A stretch of 49,964 nucleotides of DNA, counting the filler, from Streblomastix strix (lineage: Eukaryota), in NCBI GenBank assembly GCA_008636045.1. It is 3 parts of 3 records of this genome, joined end to end, with 100 filler letters (N's around TTAATTAATTAA, not from the genome) between each part and the next. Parts side by side here need not be neighbours in the genome. Positions count along the whole stretch, not along the records: positions 1 to 16,591 come from SNRW01000790.1; positions 16,692 to 33,281 come from SNRW01000791.1; 1 more part is not named here. One strand, written 5' to 3'. Numbering within the stretch: the stretch's first letter is position 1; each line of letters opens with the position of its first letter. Under the pieces are notes generated by a model that had not been told where the DNA came from, did no database searches, and saw only the letters and a list, made by a program, of their open reading frames with translations. A program made the translations under genes and the position numbers. This document shows positions 12,777-25,938 of this stretch, in pieces.

Positions 12777-13611
12777 AAGAAAGCTCCTTAGGAGATGGGG
12801 GAAAGGACTGGAGAATTGAAATATAAAGAGAAAGACAATGGAATGGGGGGAAAGACTAAAAGATTCATATAAGCATGGAAACAAATAGGGAAAGAAGATT
12901 TCATAAATACTGAATTTTATTAGAGAATTAAAGATTAAAATGGAGCTGAGTTTTAAGTTTTCCACTTTTCCGGTAACTAGCATTCACACTATTAAAAAAA
13001 ATTACAACGTATAAAATTATGAAACATTGACATGTTCAAAAAAATATTATAGACCGTTCTTGAGAAACCCTCTTTTTAAAACTGCAAACATTATTATATT
13101 CAAAATTGTTTAAAATCGTAATTTACAACAGAACTAATTTATTAATTATTTTATTTATATAAATTTTAATTTAAATTCATAATTTTAAATAATTTAGTTA
13201 ATTATTATTCATTATTTACAATCAAACGATAAAGATGCAAATAACAAAATAGTTTTTTTCTATGTTCTAAAAATTGATAAGATAAAATATATGTAAAATT
13301 CATTCATTATTTCTATAATAAATATTCTTATATGATAAATATTTTAATTATAATATTTCATTATTTGTTTGAAAATTATTACTAATTTCATAAATTTTTA
13401 TTTTGACTTTTTCTTTTTATTTATTGAATCTTATAAATTTTTAGTTTTAATGTTGTAATTATATTTAATTTTAATTTTTTGATAGAATTGAGTTATTTTC
13501 TATAGATAATTTTTACTAATTATCAATGAATTTTTTCAAATAATTTTTTTTTAATTTTTTTCATTTTTTTCTAATTATTTCAATATTGATGATGTTCATT
13601 ACTTTGATTAG

Positions 13612-14958
13612 ATACATATTTGATGAAATGTCAACTTATTTGGTTATTAAACAGATATTGAAAGTTGCTCGATTTATTCTTGATTTGCAAACTGAATTAA
13701 AGTAAGTATCTGATTTAATAATATTTTTTTCTTATTTAATATATTATTATATTTAATATATTAATGCGTAGTTATTTATTTGTGGTTGATCATGATTTAT
13801 CAGTTGTTGAATATACAAGTGATATAGTGAATGTAGTTTATGGGAAAGGAGGTGTAATATAATATATTATTAATTATATAATATATTATTAACTAAATGA
13901 TATAATATATTATTAACTAAATGATATAATATATTATTAACTAAATGATATAATATATTATTAACTGTATGATATAATATATTATTATTTTATATAATTA
14001 TACCATTATATTATATGATTAGGTGTTTATGGAGTTGTTACTCTTCCAATGCACGTTAGAGATGAAGTTAAAGTATTTGTATAAGTTAATTTAACAGATA
14101 TTAAATAATTGAATAATATTCCAGCAGAGAATCTTCGTTTTCGTGAATATGAATTGTCTTTCAAAGTATACAATATTAATTAATTAGTAGTTTATTAGAT
14201 AATTTTATTATTAATTTTATTAGAATACAATTCAGTAATAAACTAGAGATGAAGTTGGAAAAGAAAAACCGATATAAACTGGTATATTTCATAATATTAT
14301 TCTTTTTGATTATATTGGTTAATTAATTATTCTTATTTCAATTACTTAAAAAGGAGCAACAACGCATCATCCTGAAATTCATAAGATAATTGGTCCTTTT
14401 GAAATTGTCTGTGAGTCTGGAACATTTCAAAAAGGAGAAATTATTGTTTTATTGGGTGAGAATGGAACTGAGAAAACTACTTTCTTGAATTTAATTGCTG
14501 GTATACTAATTGTAAATCTAATTTATTATAATATAATTCATTATATATTATAAAATTCATTATATATTATTTTGTATTGAATTGGTTTAGTTGCAGTAAA
14601 TGGAGGAGTTGAAGTTCCCAGACTCAGCATATCATTCAAACCTCAGCATCTTTCAGTTTATCAATCAAATCCATCAATATATCCTTCAGTCTATTAATAA
14701 CCAATTCAATATGATGGAATGAATTAAAGCGCATCTTCTCCACCTCTGGGATAAATAGTGACTAAAGAGAACTAATCATCCAATTAAAATGCATAATAGA
14801 CTACTGGAAAAGAAGTTAAAGGATCAGGAAAGGATAAATTAACTTAATAAGAGAAAGCAGCTTTGATAGAAAAAGAAAGAATTGAGAAAGAAAAGATTGA
14901 AAAAGAGAAAGATAAAGAGAAAGAAAGAGAAAGAGAAAGAGAAGCATCTCATATATCA
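13612..14958 (+). pseudogene. ABCE1: ABCE1/Rli1 internal fragment with spliceosomal introns, degenerate and fused to unrelated sequence
   Basis: Exons encode YIFDEMSTYLVIKQ, VVDHDLSVVEYTSD..VYG, VYGVVTLP, IPAENLRFREYELSFK, GEIIVLLGENGTEKTTF and VEVPRLSISFKPQ. GT-AG introns, e.g. 13702-13771. Confidence 0.85.
13862..13990 (+). repeat. 24-bp intronic minisatellite (ATATATTATTAACTAAATGATATA), ~4-5 copies
   Basis: Units start at 13881, 13905, 13929 and 13953. Confidence 0.85.
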
Positions 14959-15699
14959 GGTATATATAGAATATTATTGCAATTATATTAATTTATATTT
15001 ATATTCATTATCAAACTATAAATAACATATTTAATCATAAAGAATAATTAAACTATATCTAAGAAGGATTCGAATTGAGTATAGTTAGCTAATATGATGT
15101 TTAATTTTTTGTTAATTTTCTATGATAATAAGAAATAAATTGTATATTTATTGAATTTATTACGAAATTTGATTATTTAATAATTTATTGCATACAATTA
15201 TTGACGATAAATGAATAAAATTTAGATAATTAATATTTTTAATTAAAATTCTAGAATAATTATCTTATTTATATTTATATGAATATTTAAATTGCAATAA
15301 TATAATTTAATTTTTCAAATTGTATAATTAGAAAATTGAATTATTTTGAAAAAATTGAATATTCAAATATTCAATGTTCTATTTTAATAAATCAATATTA
15401 TTTATAAATGATAATAATGAATTTAATGATATTTATAAATTATTTAAATTATAATTATAGATTAATAAATTAAATACAATTTTATTGATTTTGAAATGGA
15501 AAAATAAAAAAAAAATTTAGAGTAATTTTTATTATATTAAATTTCAATAATTTTACCACTAAATTAATATAAATAAAAATTATGATACTGATTTTGCTAG
15601 TTACCAAAAATACATGATTTTGTGGAAAACAAAAAACCTGACTCCATATCATGTAAACTCGCTTCACTAGAATCATTTCTGTAAAAAAAATTCTTCATA

Positions 15700-16591
15700 T
15701 CTTGATTTATGCTTGCAAGCCAATCATAACCATCTTACGGATGTTCAAAACGGAATTAACTCATATCAATCTATAAACCCAATTAGTCGTAAAAGCCAGA
15801 ATCACGTACTTCTGCTACAATATCACCATTATCAAGAATGAAGATTTTCCCGCTACGTTCACCGTACGCGACCACCAATTGATGTGAATTCATTTTGTCG
15901 TCACTAATTTCGATAAGTTCTTCATCGCTATGTTTTGAATTATCAGTAACATGCGCTGGAGACTGGAAATCCTTTTGTTACGCAGGTTTATCCCTTCCGA
16001 AAATACGAATCGTATCACTGTCCTTCGTTTTCTCCATTGTAACTTTAGACGAAGATTAACTTGCGATTGGAGCGTCCAGCGCCAAGGCCACTCGCGAACT
16101 CTCGCACAGTTTCAAAATTGACTGGACCCACAACACCATCTGACAGCCTCAAGTAAATGGATCATTCTTCAAAGTAGTGGACGCGTTGATAATCACGTAA
16201 TAAAATGAAGCGGATATGGTGCAAAAAGACTTGATATTGATTCAGATACCTACATCATTCACAAAATCCATACATCTGTGAATTATGGACGTGATGTCAC
16301 ATTGGATGCATTAATTTGCATCGTCCTCGATGTGTCATCACTAAATGCAGTAGTAAATCCACCAAAAAGGACCATGAAAATGATCATTAGAACATCTGCA
16401 ATTTCTAAATTTACTTCACCAATCACTGAAAATCTGTGTTAAGCTTAACAGAAGATCAATTAACCAAACATTAGAACAAGCATATTACCTACAGATTTCA
16501 GAGAGTATTCACCACCCATAACTTACTTTTCAATTCCAAGAAGATCATCCACGAATGTTCCAAACATCGATACACTCTAATCTGATACAAA
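15700..16591. other. GC-richer coding-like segment of unknown identity, probably a repeat-element fragment
   Basis: Abrupt rise in GC; long TAR=Gln frames on both strands; no motif recognised. Confidence 0.3.
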
Positions 16592-16691
16592 NNNNNNNNN
16601 NNNNNNNNNNNNNNNNNNNNNNNNNNNNNNNNNNNTTAATTAATTAANNNNNNNNNNNNNNNNNNNNNNNNNNNNNNNNNNNNNNNNNNNN
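16592..16691. other. Artificial contig linker
   Basis: N44-TTAATTAATTAA-N44, exactly 100 nt. Confidence 0.98.
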
Positions 16692-17171
16692 GAAATGAGA
16701 AAATAAATGAGAAAATTTGGTGATAAGTAATTTGTGATAAATTATTGGAAAAATTGTGGGGCTCAAGGGCTCGGGGCTCGAGGTCACTTTGGTTTATAAA
16801 AATGAAATTGAAAATGGTTTTGACATGAGATTATACGCTGTAAGATATGTATTCTTGAAAATGGTGCTTGATAAGAGAATTGAGGTGTGAATACTGAATA
16901 AATAAGAGATTTGACTATAGAATAAGAGTTTAGGAAGTTAAATCATGGGGCAAAAATATTTTTCTTTGTGAATTCCTGTGTGTTTCATTGTATGTATCGC
17001 TATGTTAGTTTGCATTAGAACTTTATCATAATTCCCTTCTGTATAAAAATAATAATTTTTAATGAATTTACTATGGAATTATAACAATTGACAATGATTT
17101 ACGTATGTTATTGATGTAAAGATCATTTTTTCTTAACAATTTTAGTTGACTCTGTTAATTTATTGTGTAAA

Positions 17172-18224
17172 TCAGCCTATACTTTAGCAGTTTTTATTAG
17201 CTATGAAGTTGGAGTATAATTTTTTTTTCATGTTATTATTTTTCTTACCGATAAGTTGTGTTGGTTTCTTCATGTAAACAATAGAATTACCAAATTAATC
17301 ATATTTATAACCAATATCATATATTTCAAATGGTTTTCTACCATAAACATCTTTAATTGGTGATCAACTCCAATCTAAAGCACCAATATCATAGACTATA
17401 TTAAGATTCACAGATGATATGATATCTGATTCAATTTTCTACCGTTATGCTTCAGAAAGTTTTTCCTAAGCTAAAGTAAATTCTGGCTGTATATCATCAA
17501 GCACAGATGATTATCCTAGATCTGTTGCTTAACTTTGATTAGCAAATTTATCATCTAATTATCTGCTCAGAACCTGTTTTTAACGTTGTGATCCCTCATT
17601 CATTATCTCATTTAATTATTACTCTTCTGTAATCACAAGTCATCTAGATCCTAAATTCATTGAAGGCTCAACTGATCTTGCATTAATATTTTCTGTACAT
17701 CTCTTATTACTCTCCAAATATTTCTCTTCTATTAACATACTTTCTCTATTTACTCTAATATTTGTTTCATAAAGCTCTTATAATAAGCTATTAGGAAATC
17801 CTTCTCCATAAACTCTACGTCTAACTGCTCTATTAGATATTGCAAATACACCAGCATGTGCTTCAGCAGCTGTTATTGTAGGATCCATACGACGAATTTC
17901 ATCTTCAATTATCTATTATTCCTTTTATGTTATTCCTGTCTTAATCTTTAGGTCTCGTTATTTCATTAACTACGGTATCATATATAACTAATCAGTTGGA
18001 ACTCGTTGATAATTTATTTATCTAAATTTCTTACCTTATATATGAGCTTCCCATTATGAATCACTTTCAGACTCTGATTATTTCTATTTCCTCCTATTCT
18101 TAGTAGCATTTTAATTTATTATTGATTATATTTTACCTCCAAGATCATACACTGCATTATCTGAGAGCTTATAATCAACTTTTGGTTTCTATGATTTATT
18201 TGCTTTCTTTCCTTTCTTAGACAT
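17172..18224 (-). pseudogene. Uncharacterised family-B viral protein (~350 codons, Lys-rich N-terminus), two in-frame TGA
   Basis: MSKKGKKANKSQKPKVDYK...IIEDEIRRMDPTITAAEAHAG...GFPNSLLQELYET...NIVYDIGALDW; homologue at 2431-3353. Confidence 0.7.
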
Positions 18225-18268
18225 TTGCTTACTTTATTTTAAATATAAACAAAGTAAGTCAAATTTCA

Positions 18269-18654
18269 ATGTCTTGGGATAACTTAATAACAATTTCATT
18301 ATGCATATTACTTGTTGTACAGATTATTAATTTTCACAGTAAAAATATTTGAAAACTTAGGTATTTTATATATTTTTAAACCAAATGCACATTATAAGAG
18401 AAGAATTCCTTGTTTATTCTAATTTTTTTAGTTCATTATTATATGTTGCCAATAAACCAGACCCTGAAATTGAACTCAGATTCTTATTATGATAATTCAA
18501 TAAGCGTCTCAAGATATAATAACTCAAAGAAATCATTAGTATTGCTTAAGAAACTAGTGGATAAGATGCTTCAATGAAACTAATCTAATACCTTAATGAG
18601 AAATGAACACAGTAGTATATTTACTCAGCTTTAGCTGATTAATCACATACGTGA
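18269..18654 (+). pseudogene. Small putative membrane protein, divergently transcribed from the MSKK gene
   Basis: MSWDNLITISLCILLVVQIINF...; homologue at 3394 in the same divergent arrangement. Confidence 0.55.
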
Positions 18655-18674
18655 GTATTTTTGATATTAAAGAA

Positions 18675-20973
18675 ATGTCATCATTTAGCTTATAAATCAT
18701 CTGTTCTGACTCAGATTCTGATTATGTAACTTGGTAAACATCAATTCCCAGTGGTTCTAAGTCATTTTAAGTAAATTCTCTTAATAACATGCCAATAAAT
18801 CTCACTTATTATTTGAATCAAGATTACTTAGATATAGCACATGATATGAAATCATCAGTAAATAAGAAATACTTTGAATAATCAATGAATCCTAAAGGAA
18901 CATACAAATTAACAGAGATAACTGAGATTCCTACTATAAAAATCAATTTCAATATTACTATCAACAATAGATACACTAATGAATAGAATTATCAAGGATA
19001 TTAATATGCTTCCTTAACCATGGTTATAACTTCAGCATAGTTAGATAAGTTCATAGATACTTAAGAATAATAGTTTAGAATGATAAACACCAGTAATCGT
19101 AGAGCAATTTGCTTTAATAATGCTTCTAATGAACAAACTTAGAAGTTATCAGATGGAAAATACTCATTGAGCATTAATTATGGCTCCGATATAGTATCTT
19201 CTGTAATAAATTATATTAATCTGAGATTAGATTCATTTCTATATAAGTACTTTATATCATCTAACGGTTGTTACTACAGATTAATTGGAATCATTAGTAT
19301 ATATTACACTACGATAAATAACTTCATAACAACAACAGAACCATTCTTAACTACATATTCAGTTCATTCAGTTAAAATACAATATTTATATGGAAAATAA
19401 TATAATATCAATGATAATTATACAATATAAGAAGTAATAGCTTTACCAATGAATATTTTATAACCAACTATGTAATCAATCATTAATAGTATCAATACAT
19501 ATCCTGTAAGAATTATATCTTCAATTCCTGGTTAGAATTCTAAAGATTGGAAAATTATATATACTACTGTTAACAGACTCTAATATTATGGATAGTATGT
19601 TCCTGATGTCTTAACTCAGTTTTCAACTATGAATTATAAAACTAGCCCTCAAATTCTATAATAACCAAGGAGATTAACTTTATCTCCTAATTTATTCATA
19701 TAATTAACAGGTGCATTAGATTTATATGATGGTCTATCTGTGAATGCTGCAAATCCTATCATTAATAATGCTTCATCAGTGAAATTTATTGATTTATAAA
19801 CTTGATATTATAAAACTCAGTATGATTCTTAGAGTTCATTAGCTGATACACCTATTTAATGTCCATTCATTGGTAATTTCCAATAATTTCCTCGGATGCT
19901 TATTATTTCTGTCTCTAACTAGTTATAAGGTATCACATTGTAAGGAATAGGTCGTTAAGGATTCTCAAATGTATGTTATAAGTAAAATCTTATTGATGCA
20001 CCAGTATTATGGGGTTAAAATATGCTATATTAAGAATGTATAATAGGCTAAAACAAAGATGTTATATTCACTTTATATGATAATTACGGTAGAAAAATAC
20101 CTAATTAATTCATGGATATGAGTGTTTCCATTCATAAACAACACTGCATTTTTTAATTTTTTAAAAATATTTATAATAATTTTAATAACAATATTTGAAG
20201 TTATAATTTTCTTAATTGCGCGGCGTTGCGGAAATGGTCAAAAAATATAACTTCGTTTTTTTACAATGGAAATGGTATCATTATCGTTTTAATTTTATTT
20301 AAAATATATAAAAAATATTTTTCAGGTATAATTATTGGCAATTGGTGAATTTTCAGCGGCACACTTCTGAGATTACAATTTTTTTACTTTTTCAGTTTTA
20401 CGGCCAAATTTAAATTAATCTCCATTTTTTCTAGTTAAATACATTATTGTTAATTATTTAATATATTTTAATTTAATAAAAATTAAAATTTTTTCAGTAA
20501 TTGTGGAGCAAAATTGATTTTATTTTTTTTTGACAATTTGTATCTCGTATAGAAATGAAAGTTGAACTTATTAACTTGTATACTTTAATTTTATTATTTA
20601 TTAATAAAAAAATAAAAAAAATTAAACGTTTGAAATGACAAATTGAGTAAAAAATGAAAAAATTAAAAAAAAATTAATTTTATGTAACTCTCGCGGTGGA
20701 ATCTACAATATTTGTAGTTATACCTATTTTTAAAATAATTTTAAAAAGTTTACAATTTAATTAAAGTGATAATTATTCCATTTTGATTGCGAAAAATCTA
20801 AGTTATATTTTTTGGCAGTTTCAGCAAAGCCACATAATTTCGAAAACTGTAACTCCAAATATTGTTACTAAAATTATTAAAAATATTTTAAAATAATAAA
20901 AACAAATGTGATCCTACTGAATGGACACACCCATATGAATAATAATTTTCTATTAGAAATATAAGCTTAATGA
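18675..20973 (+). pseudogene. Minor capsid (penton)-like protein with large internal insertion domain, interrupted by a foldback element
   Basis: N-term MSSFSLQIICSDSDSDYVTWQTSIPSGSKSFQVNSLNNMP. C-term DVIFTLYDNYGRKIPNQFMD|MNNNFLLEIQAQ* is rebuilt after removing 20120-20936. The hxhxLxDxxGxxI pattern is typical of Polinton/virophage pentons. Confidence 0.55.
20120..20932. mobile_element. 813-bp foldback MITE-like element with ATAT target-site duplication
   Basis: Ends GAGTGTTTCCATTCA... and ...TGAATGGACACACCC with long degenerate inverted arms. ATAT at 20116-20119 and 20933-20936; excision restores the penton frame. Confidence 0.88.
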
Positions 20974-21131
20974 TAATTAAATTTATTTTATAAATCAAAA
21001 TTTTATGCTCGAGCCTCGAGCCGCCTAAATTAAATTAATTTTCTTATTTTTACTTATTAATAATAAGAATAAATAATTCATTTTAAATTATTATTTATTA
21101 ATAATTATAATCCATTTTACAATTATCCAAA

Positions 21132-24100
21132 ATGGCAGAAAAAAAATAATAAGCAAGTCAAACTTTGAAAAACAAGCTTAAAAACTAAAGACAACAGTAG
21201 AATCGTCGATAGCATCAGCTACAAGCACGTAAAGAACGACTTAAAGATCAGAAACCTATTATTTAACATGAACCTGTGGTAAAGTACATTCCTAAACCTT
21301 AACCTCAACAAACTGTTTATAATCAAGTTCCAAGAGCCATACCTAAGGATTTCATTAAGTAATAATAAGAAGCAAGTAAATATACTGTTTAAAAACAAGC
21401 TCCAAGGGCTTTATCTAAAGATTTCGTAAACCAATAGTAAGCTGCAAAAAAATCAAGAGAGAAACCAGCATAACCTATCAGAATTATTAATAAACAATAG
21501 AAATATGCTGATAAACGTAGAAGACATTATTAAATAAAATATCAATAAAAATAATTAGAGAGAGAATTTATAGATTAAGAATTCAACATGGAAATGATGG
21601 TACAAGAATAATTATAAGCTAGATCCTAGAGATTTGAATCTGGTTTATTGCCTTAAGAACGTGATATTCTAATTAGGAATAGATTAGAAATTCAACGTAT
21701 GAATCAATAATATTCAGATAGAAATGTCTATAATTTTGGCTACGATAATTAATAAATCATTCTTCTGACAGAACCAGTGAGATATGATCTATTATCATAA
21801 GTTATTGAAAATAAATGAGCGAATTTTAAAGATGAATAGATTGAATATGCTGGTAGGAGTCAATAAACAGCAGTTACAGTAATATTCTTTAATAATAATA
21901 TTACTTCACCAGAAGATTGTGATGCTTTTATAGAAAGAGTCTATTAACATAAGAATGGTAGATTATTCAAGTGTGGATTTGATTTTGGAACAGCTACTTA
22001 AAGATGCAAATTCATTATTGATCCTAATTATGCAGGAAGAGATTTTGTTGAAGCATTATATCCAGGAAGAACTCGTTATAAACCATATAAGACAACAGTT
22101 TTGAGTAAATTTAGAACTCCAATGGATTTTGAACAAGATTCTGTGAATAATAAATAAGTAACATACAGAATTAGACTTCCAGATGAGAATCATATTTAAA
22201 ATCATACGCTAACTATACTTTACAGCAGAAAATCTATTAATAAATTCAAACAATACGTAAGATCATCTATAATATGGATGTAAGAACGTACTGAAATGAT
22301 AGATACTAAAGAACTTATGGTTGCTATCTATTCAATGGAAGAAATGTCCTATAGAATACCATTTCCTGGAAAGAATATGGAAGAACTCATTAAGATTCAT
22401 AAAAATAAGAAGAATATCATAAGATATATATTCATTCCGATGATGTTTATAATATTTGCTTCTAATATAACTTAACTTGTATAACAATGCCTGATTCAAA
22501 AGGTATTGAAATCGATCGTCATTTAAGAATTGCTGAAGGTAAAAGATTATTATTTGAATTCTACAATGTCAAGAAAGAAAATCAACATGAATTTCTTAAG
22601 AATTATCCTGGATTTAACTGGGATGATTCATTGAAAGTATGTTAGAGATACAATATCAATATCAATTGTTATGAATTTGATGATAAGAACGTTGAAATTC
22701 CTTATAAATTATTCACAAATTATCATATCGATAATTAATAAGCCAAGGATTATAATATTCTTCTTCTTAACGATGATGACGGAAACTAACATCTCATATA
22801 TATTATCAGCGTTGAGAAGTTATTAGGAATTAAAATCTATTCAATATGTAATAATCATGCTATATTCGCCAAGGATCCTAATAATAATTCTAAGAGAAAG
22901 ATGGATACTCATATTAAAGAATGCCAGTAAAACAATGGTTAAATCAAGAAATATATTACTTTAGAGAAGTTCCCCAAGCCATTTGTTCAACACATAACAT
23001 CAAATAAGACATATAGATATCTCTTAGCTCATAATAGAGAATCAGAGTATAAAGCAACTTTGTATTATATAACATTCAGGTTTTAAATAAAGTTATTGAA
23101 AATTCGTAGTTATTAATATCCTATTCTTGTTCCAACAGCTGTAGCATCAACTATTAAAGCCAAGAAATATATCAAGACTATATCCTATGACAATTCTTAA
23201 TAAGGTTTCGTTGAGAAATGGATTGACCAGGTGTTCATTGAAGCATTGTAAATTCGTGATGATAATAAATTTGCCGATGATGTTCCTTAACGATATGAAG
23301 TACATGTTATTGGATTTGACTGTTTGAAATCAGCTATGACTCTAATATTTAAGAACATTAAATCAATGTAGTATAAAATTAACGATAGACCAGGTTCAAG
23401 GAGTTGTCAAATACACATCATTGTTAAATCCACTGATAACTCCATTCATCTAAAATTTATTGATGCTAAGAACTATGTCAGTGCTAATATTGAACTCGAT
23501 GATTTTCTAAGAGATATTGGTAAAGTCGAATTAAGCAATGAATTAATATGATAATCATAGTTATTATTATCAGCAATTGATAAAAAAATTAATGATTATA
23601 TTCTATATCATATAGATCTTCTATAGAATACATTGTTAGCAAAATTATCTTGCTTAAAGAAATATGCATTTGCCTATAAGAATTTTAATATTTCCTCGTG
23701 TATTGATCCAATTGATAATTCAAATCCTTATGATTTATCATTAGAATACTGGAAATCTAAAGTTAATTCTTACAATGAGTAGGATAAATGAAAGAAAAGA
23801 AGAACAGATCATAATATCACTTATGATGATTACGAATATTTTCATGATGCATTCTTAAAATAACGATGTTACATGTGTTAAACAAGATTTACTTATGATA
23901 ATTAGCCAACACTAGATAGAATAGTTAATGATAAATCTCATACAAAATCTAATGTATTACCTTGTTGTCCAAACTGTAATAAGTATGCTTCTAATAAGGA
24001 TAAGGAATCAGCGAGATTAATGATATAATTATGTAAGTATTGCGAATTATATAGCTTACCAATGACTATTTCTAATCAAGAAGTCTATAATTCATTACAC

Positions 24101-24320
24101 AATGATATTGTTGGTGGTAATTCATTCGTTAATCATAGAGAGAATATCGCTGGAAAGACTAAGATTCATAAATTTAAACTATAAGATGATCAAGTAATAT
24201 CTAATGTGCTTCTTCATATCGTTGAAAATATAATATGTCTAGATTTTAATAGTTTCTATGGTTCTTGTATGAGTTCAGAATAGCACCCACTAGTTCCTTA
24301 TAAACTAGTGGACAAAATTA
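21132..24320 (+). pseudogene. Protein-primed DNA polymerase B (family B), internally deleted and truncated after motif A
   Basis: FKCGFDFG, YNICF...QHLIYI, VIGFDCLKS (ExoII-like), LKFIDAKNY, RCYMC...PTLDRIVNDKSHTKSNVLPCCPNCN, DIVGGNSFVNHR, ICLDFNSFYGSCM; collinear with 44653-49594. Confidence 0.88.
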
Positions 24321-24952
24321 CGGTCAAAACGATCTATCAATATTTCTGAAGATATTGTTGGTCTTCTACAATAGATTTAATTTATTGTTATATATAATTA
24401 TTGTTATTACTAATCTAGCATGTAATATTGAAATCAAATTTTATTCATCCATTTCTATTCTTTTCCAGATATATAAATTTATTAACCTATATCACTTTTT
24501 TGATTGACAAAATTACGGTCAAGTTGTAATAATTATTAAATTTTTTATCCAATAATCAGAACTATTTTTATGAATTTATACAAATTGATTACATGTATTA
24601 TACTTAAGTAAATTATTAAAAAATAAATTGTCTAATTTAATTTCATTACAATCATTTTTAAAAATATTATTTAATTTTTCTAATAATTTTTTTTAATTAA
24701 AAATATTTAATTAAATTTTATAGTATCATAGGAATGGTACAATAAGCAATTAAGATACTTACATATTTATTTAAAGTAAATATATATATATAATAATATA
24801 TATCAACCAATTTCTATTATATAAAATTTATAAAAAAATTTTTAAATTTTTTAAAATATATATATTAATATAAATTTTATATTAGAATTTTTCAATTGAA
24901 AAATTTTAAATATTTTAATTTATTTAGACGGAGTTCTAGAGCAAAGAATTAA

Positions 24953-25899
24953 ATGGACTATTAATCTTAGAGAACTAGTAATTTCTAATATCAGAAAAAA
25001 ATATTATAATTTAAATAAATTTCCTTCAGGAGATTCAGGTGTGTAAACTTTGAAAAAAGAAATTTCTATCATATAGTTGACGAAAAAGTATTGATTGTCG
25101 TCAATGAGATGACAAATTTTGGAGAGAATAAACGAGCAAATAATGAAGGTTTAAATTCAATCGAATAAGAGTTCATAAAAGTAAACATGCGAGTGTTGTT
25201 TAGAAAGAATTATCAGAAGAAGATAAGGCGAGATTATAAGCCATTGATGACGCGATTACAATTGGTTTTAGGAAAGCAATTGAGATACTGCAGCTTTAAA
25301 TTCCACGGAACTAGCTCCAACCTATATTTTCACATGAGCTGAGTACCCTGATTTAATCATGTGAATTCAACATCGATGAATAAGAATAAGAGGAGGATCT
25401 ACAAAGAGGAATTTAAACAGATCGTACACGAAGACTTCGTTATAATATTAATAAATATAAAGATGTTCCACGTGAAACTGCTTAGGTTGAACCAGAATAA
25501 GTTGTTAAGGATACATACTTATCTCATCCTAACTTAGAAGTATAGAAATTCATCATAGATACGATTTGGAAATGTGATGATTCACGAAAGAAAGGTGAAG
25601 ATTTCATATTTAACTCTGATAACTATATAAAGCTATGGTCATTAATAACATAAGAAGAGGAGAAAGATATCGAAGTTGTAATGGAAGAACCACTGATGAG
25701 ATAACATTCATGTATTGGCAGAAGATCATATAAAAAGAAAGATTTAATTCGCATTTTAGATGTTCTCATTAAAAATGTCTCTATTTCCAACATAGATAAC
25801 GTATTATGGAATAGTATCGAGAAGTTGTACCGTGTTAACAAAGACTATGTTAGATTATCATAAACAATAGAATCTGACATTGGACCTGATGATTTTTGA
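24953..25899 (+). pseudogene. Remnant of D5-like/SF3 primase-helicase with large deletions
   Basis: IVDEKVLIVVNEMTNFGENKRANNEGLNSI resembles the Walker-B region of D5-like helicases; no Walker A retained. Confidence 0.4.
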
Positions 25900-25938
25900 A
25901 AAAAATTTTGAAAAATATTATTTTTATTAAATTCAAAA

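Noticed and set aside
16592..16691. TTAATTAATTAA palindrome within N runs (also 33282-33381)
   Set aside because: Exact 100-nt artificial linker; adjacency across it has no biological meaning.
18250..20130. Large minus-strand gene
   Set aside because: The minus strand has frequent TGA. The plus strand gives coherent proteins, a homologue on contig 1 and a frame restored by foldback removal.
24287..24311. Hairpin CCACTAGTT...AACTAGTGG as a CACTA/Helitron end
   Set aside because: Lies in polymerase-derived coding sequence (HPLVPY...), so it is probably coincidental.
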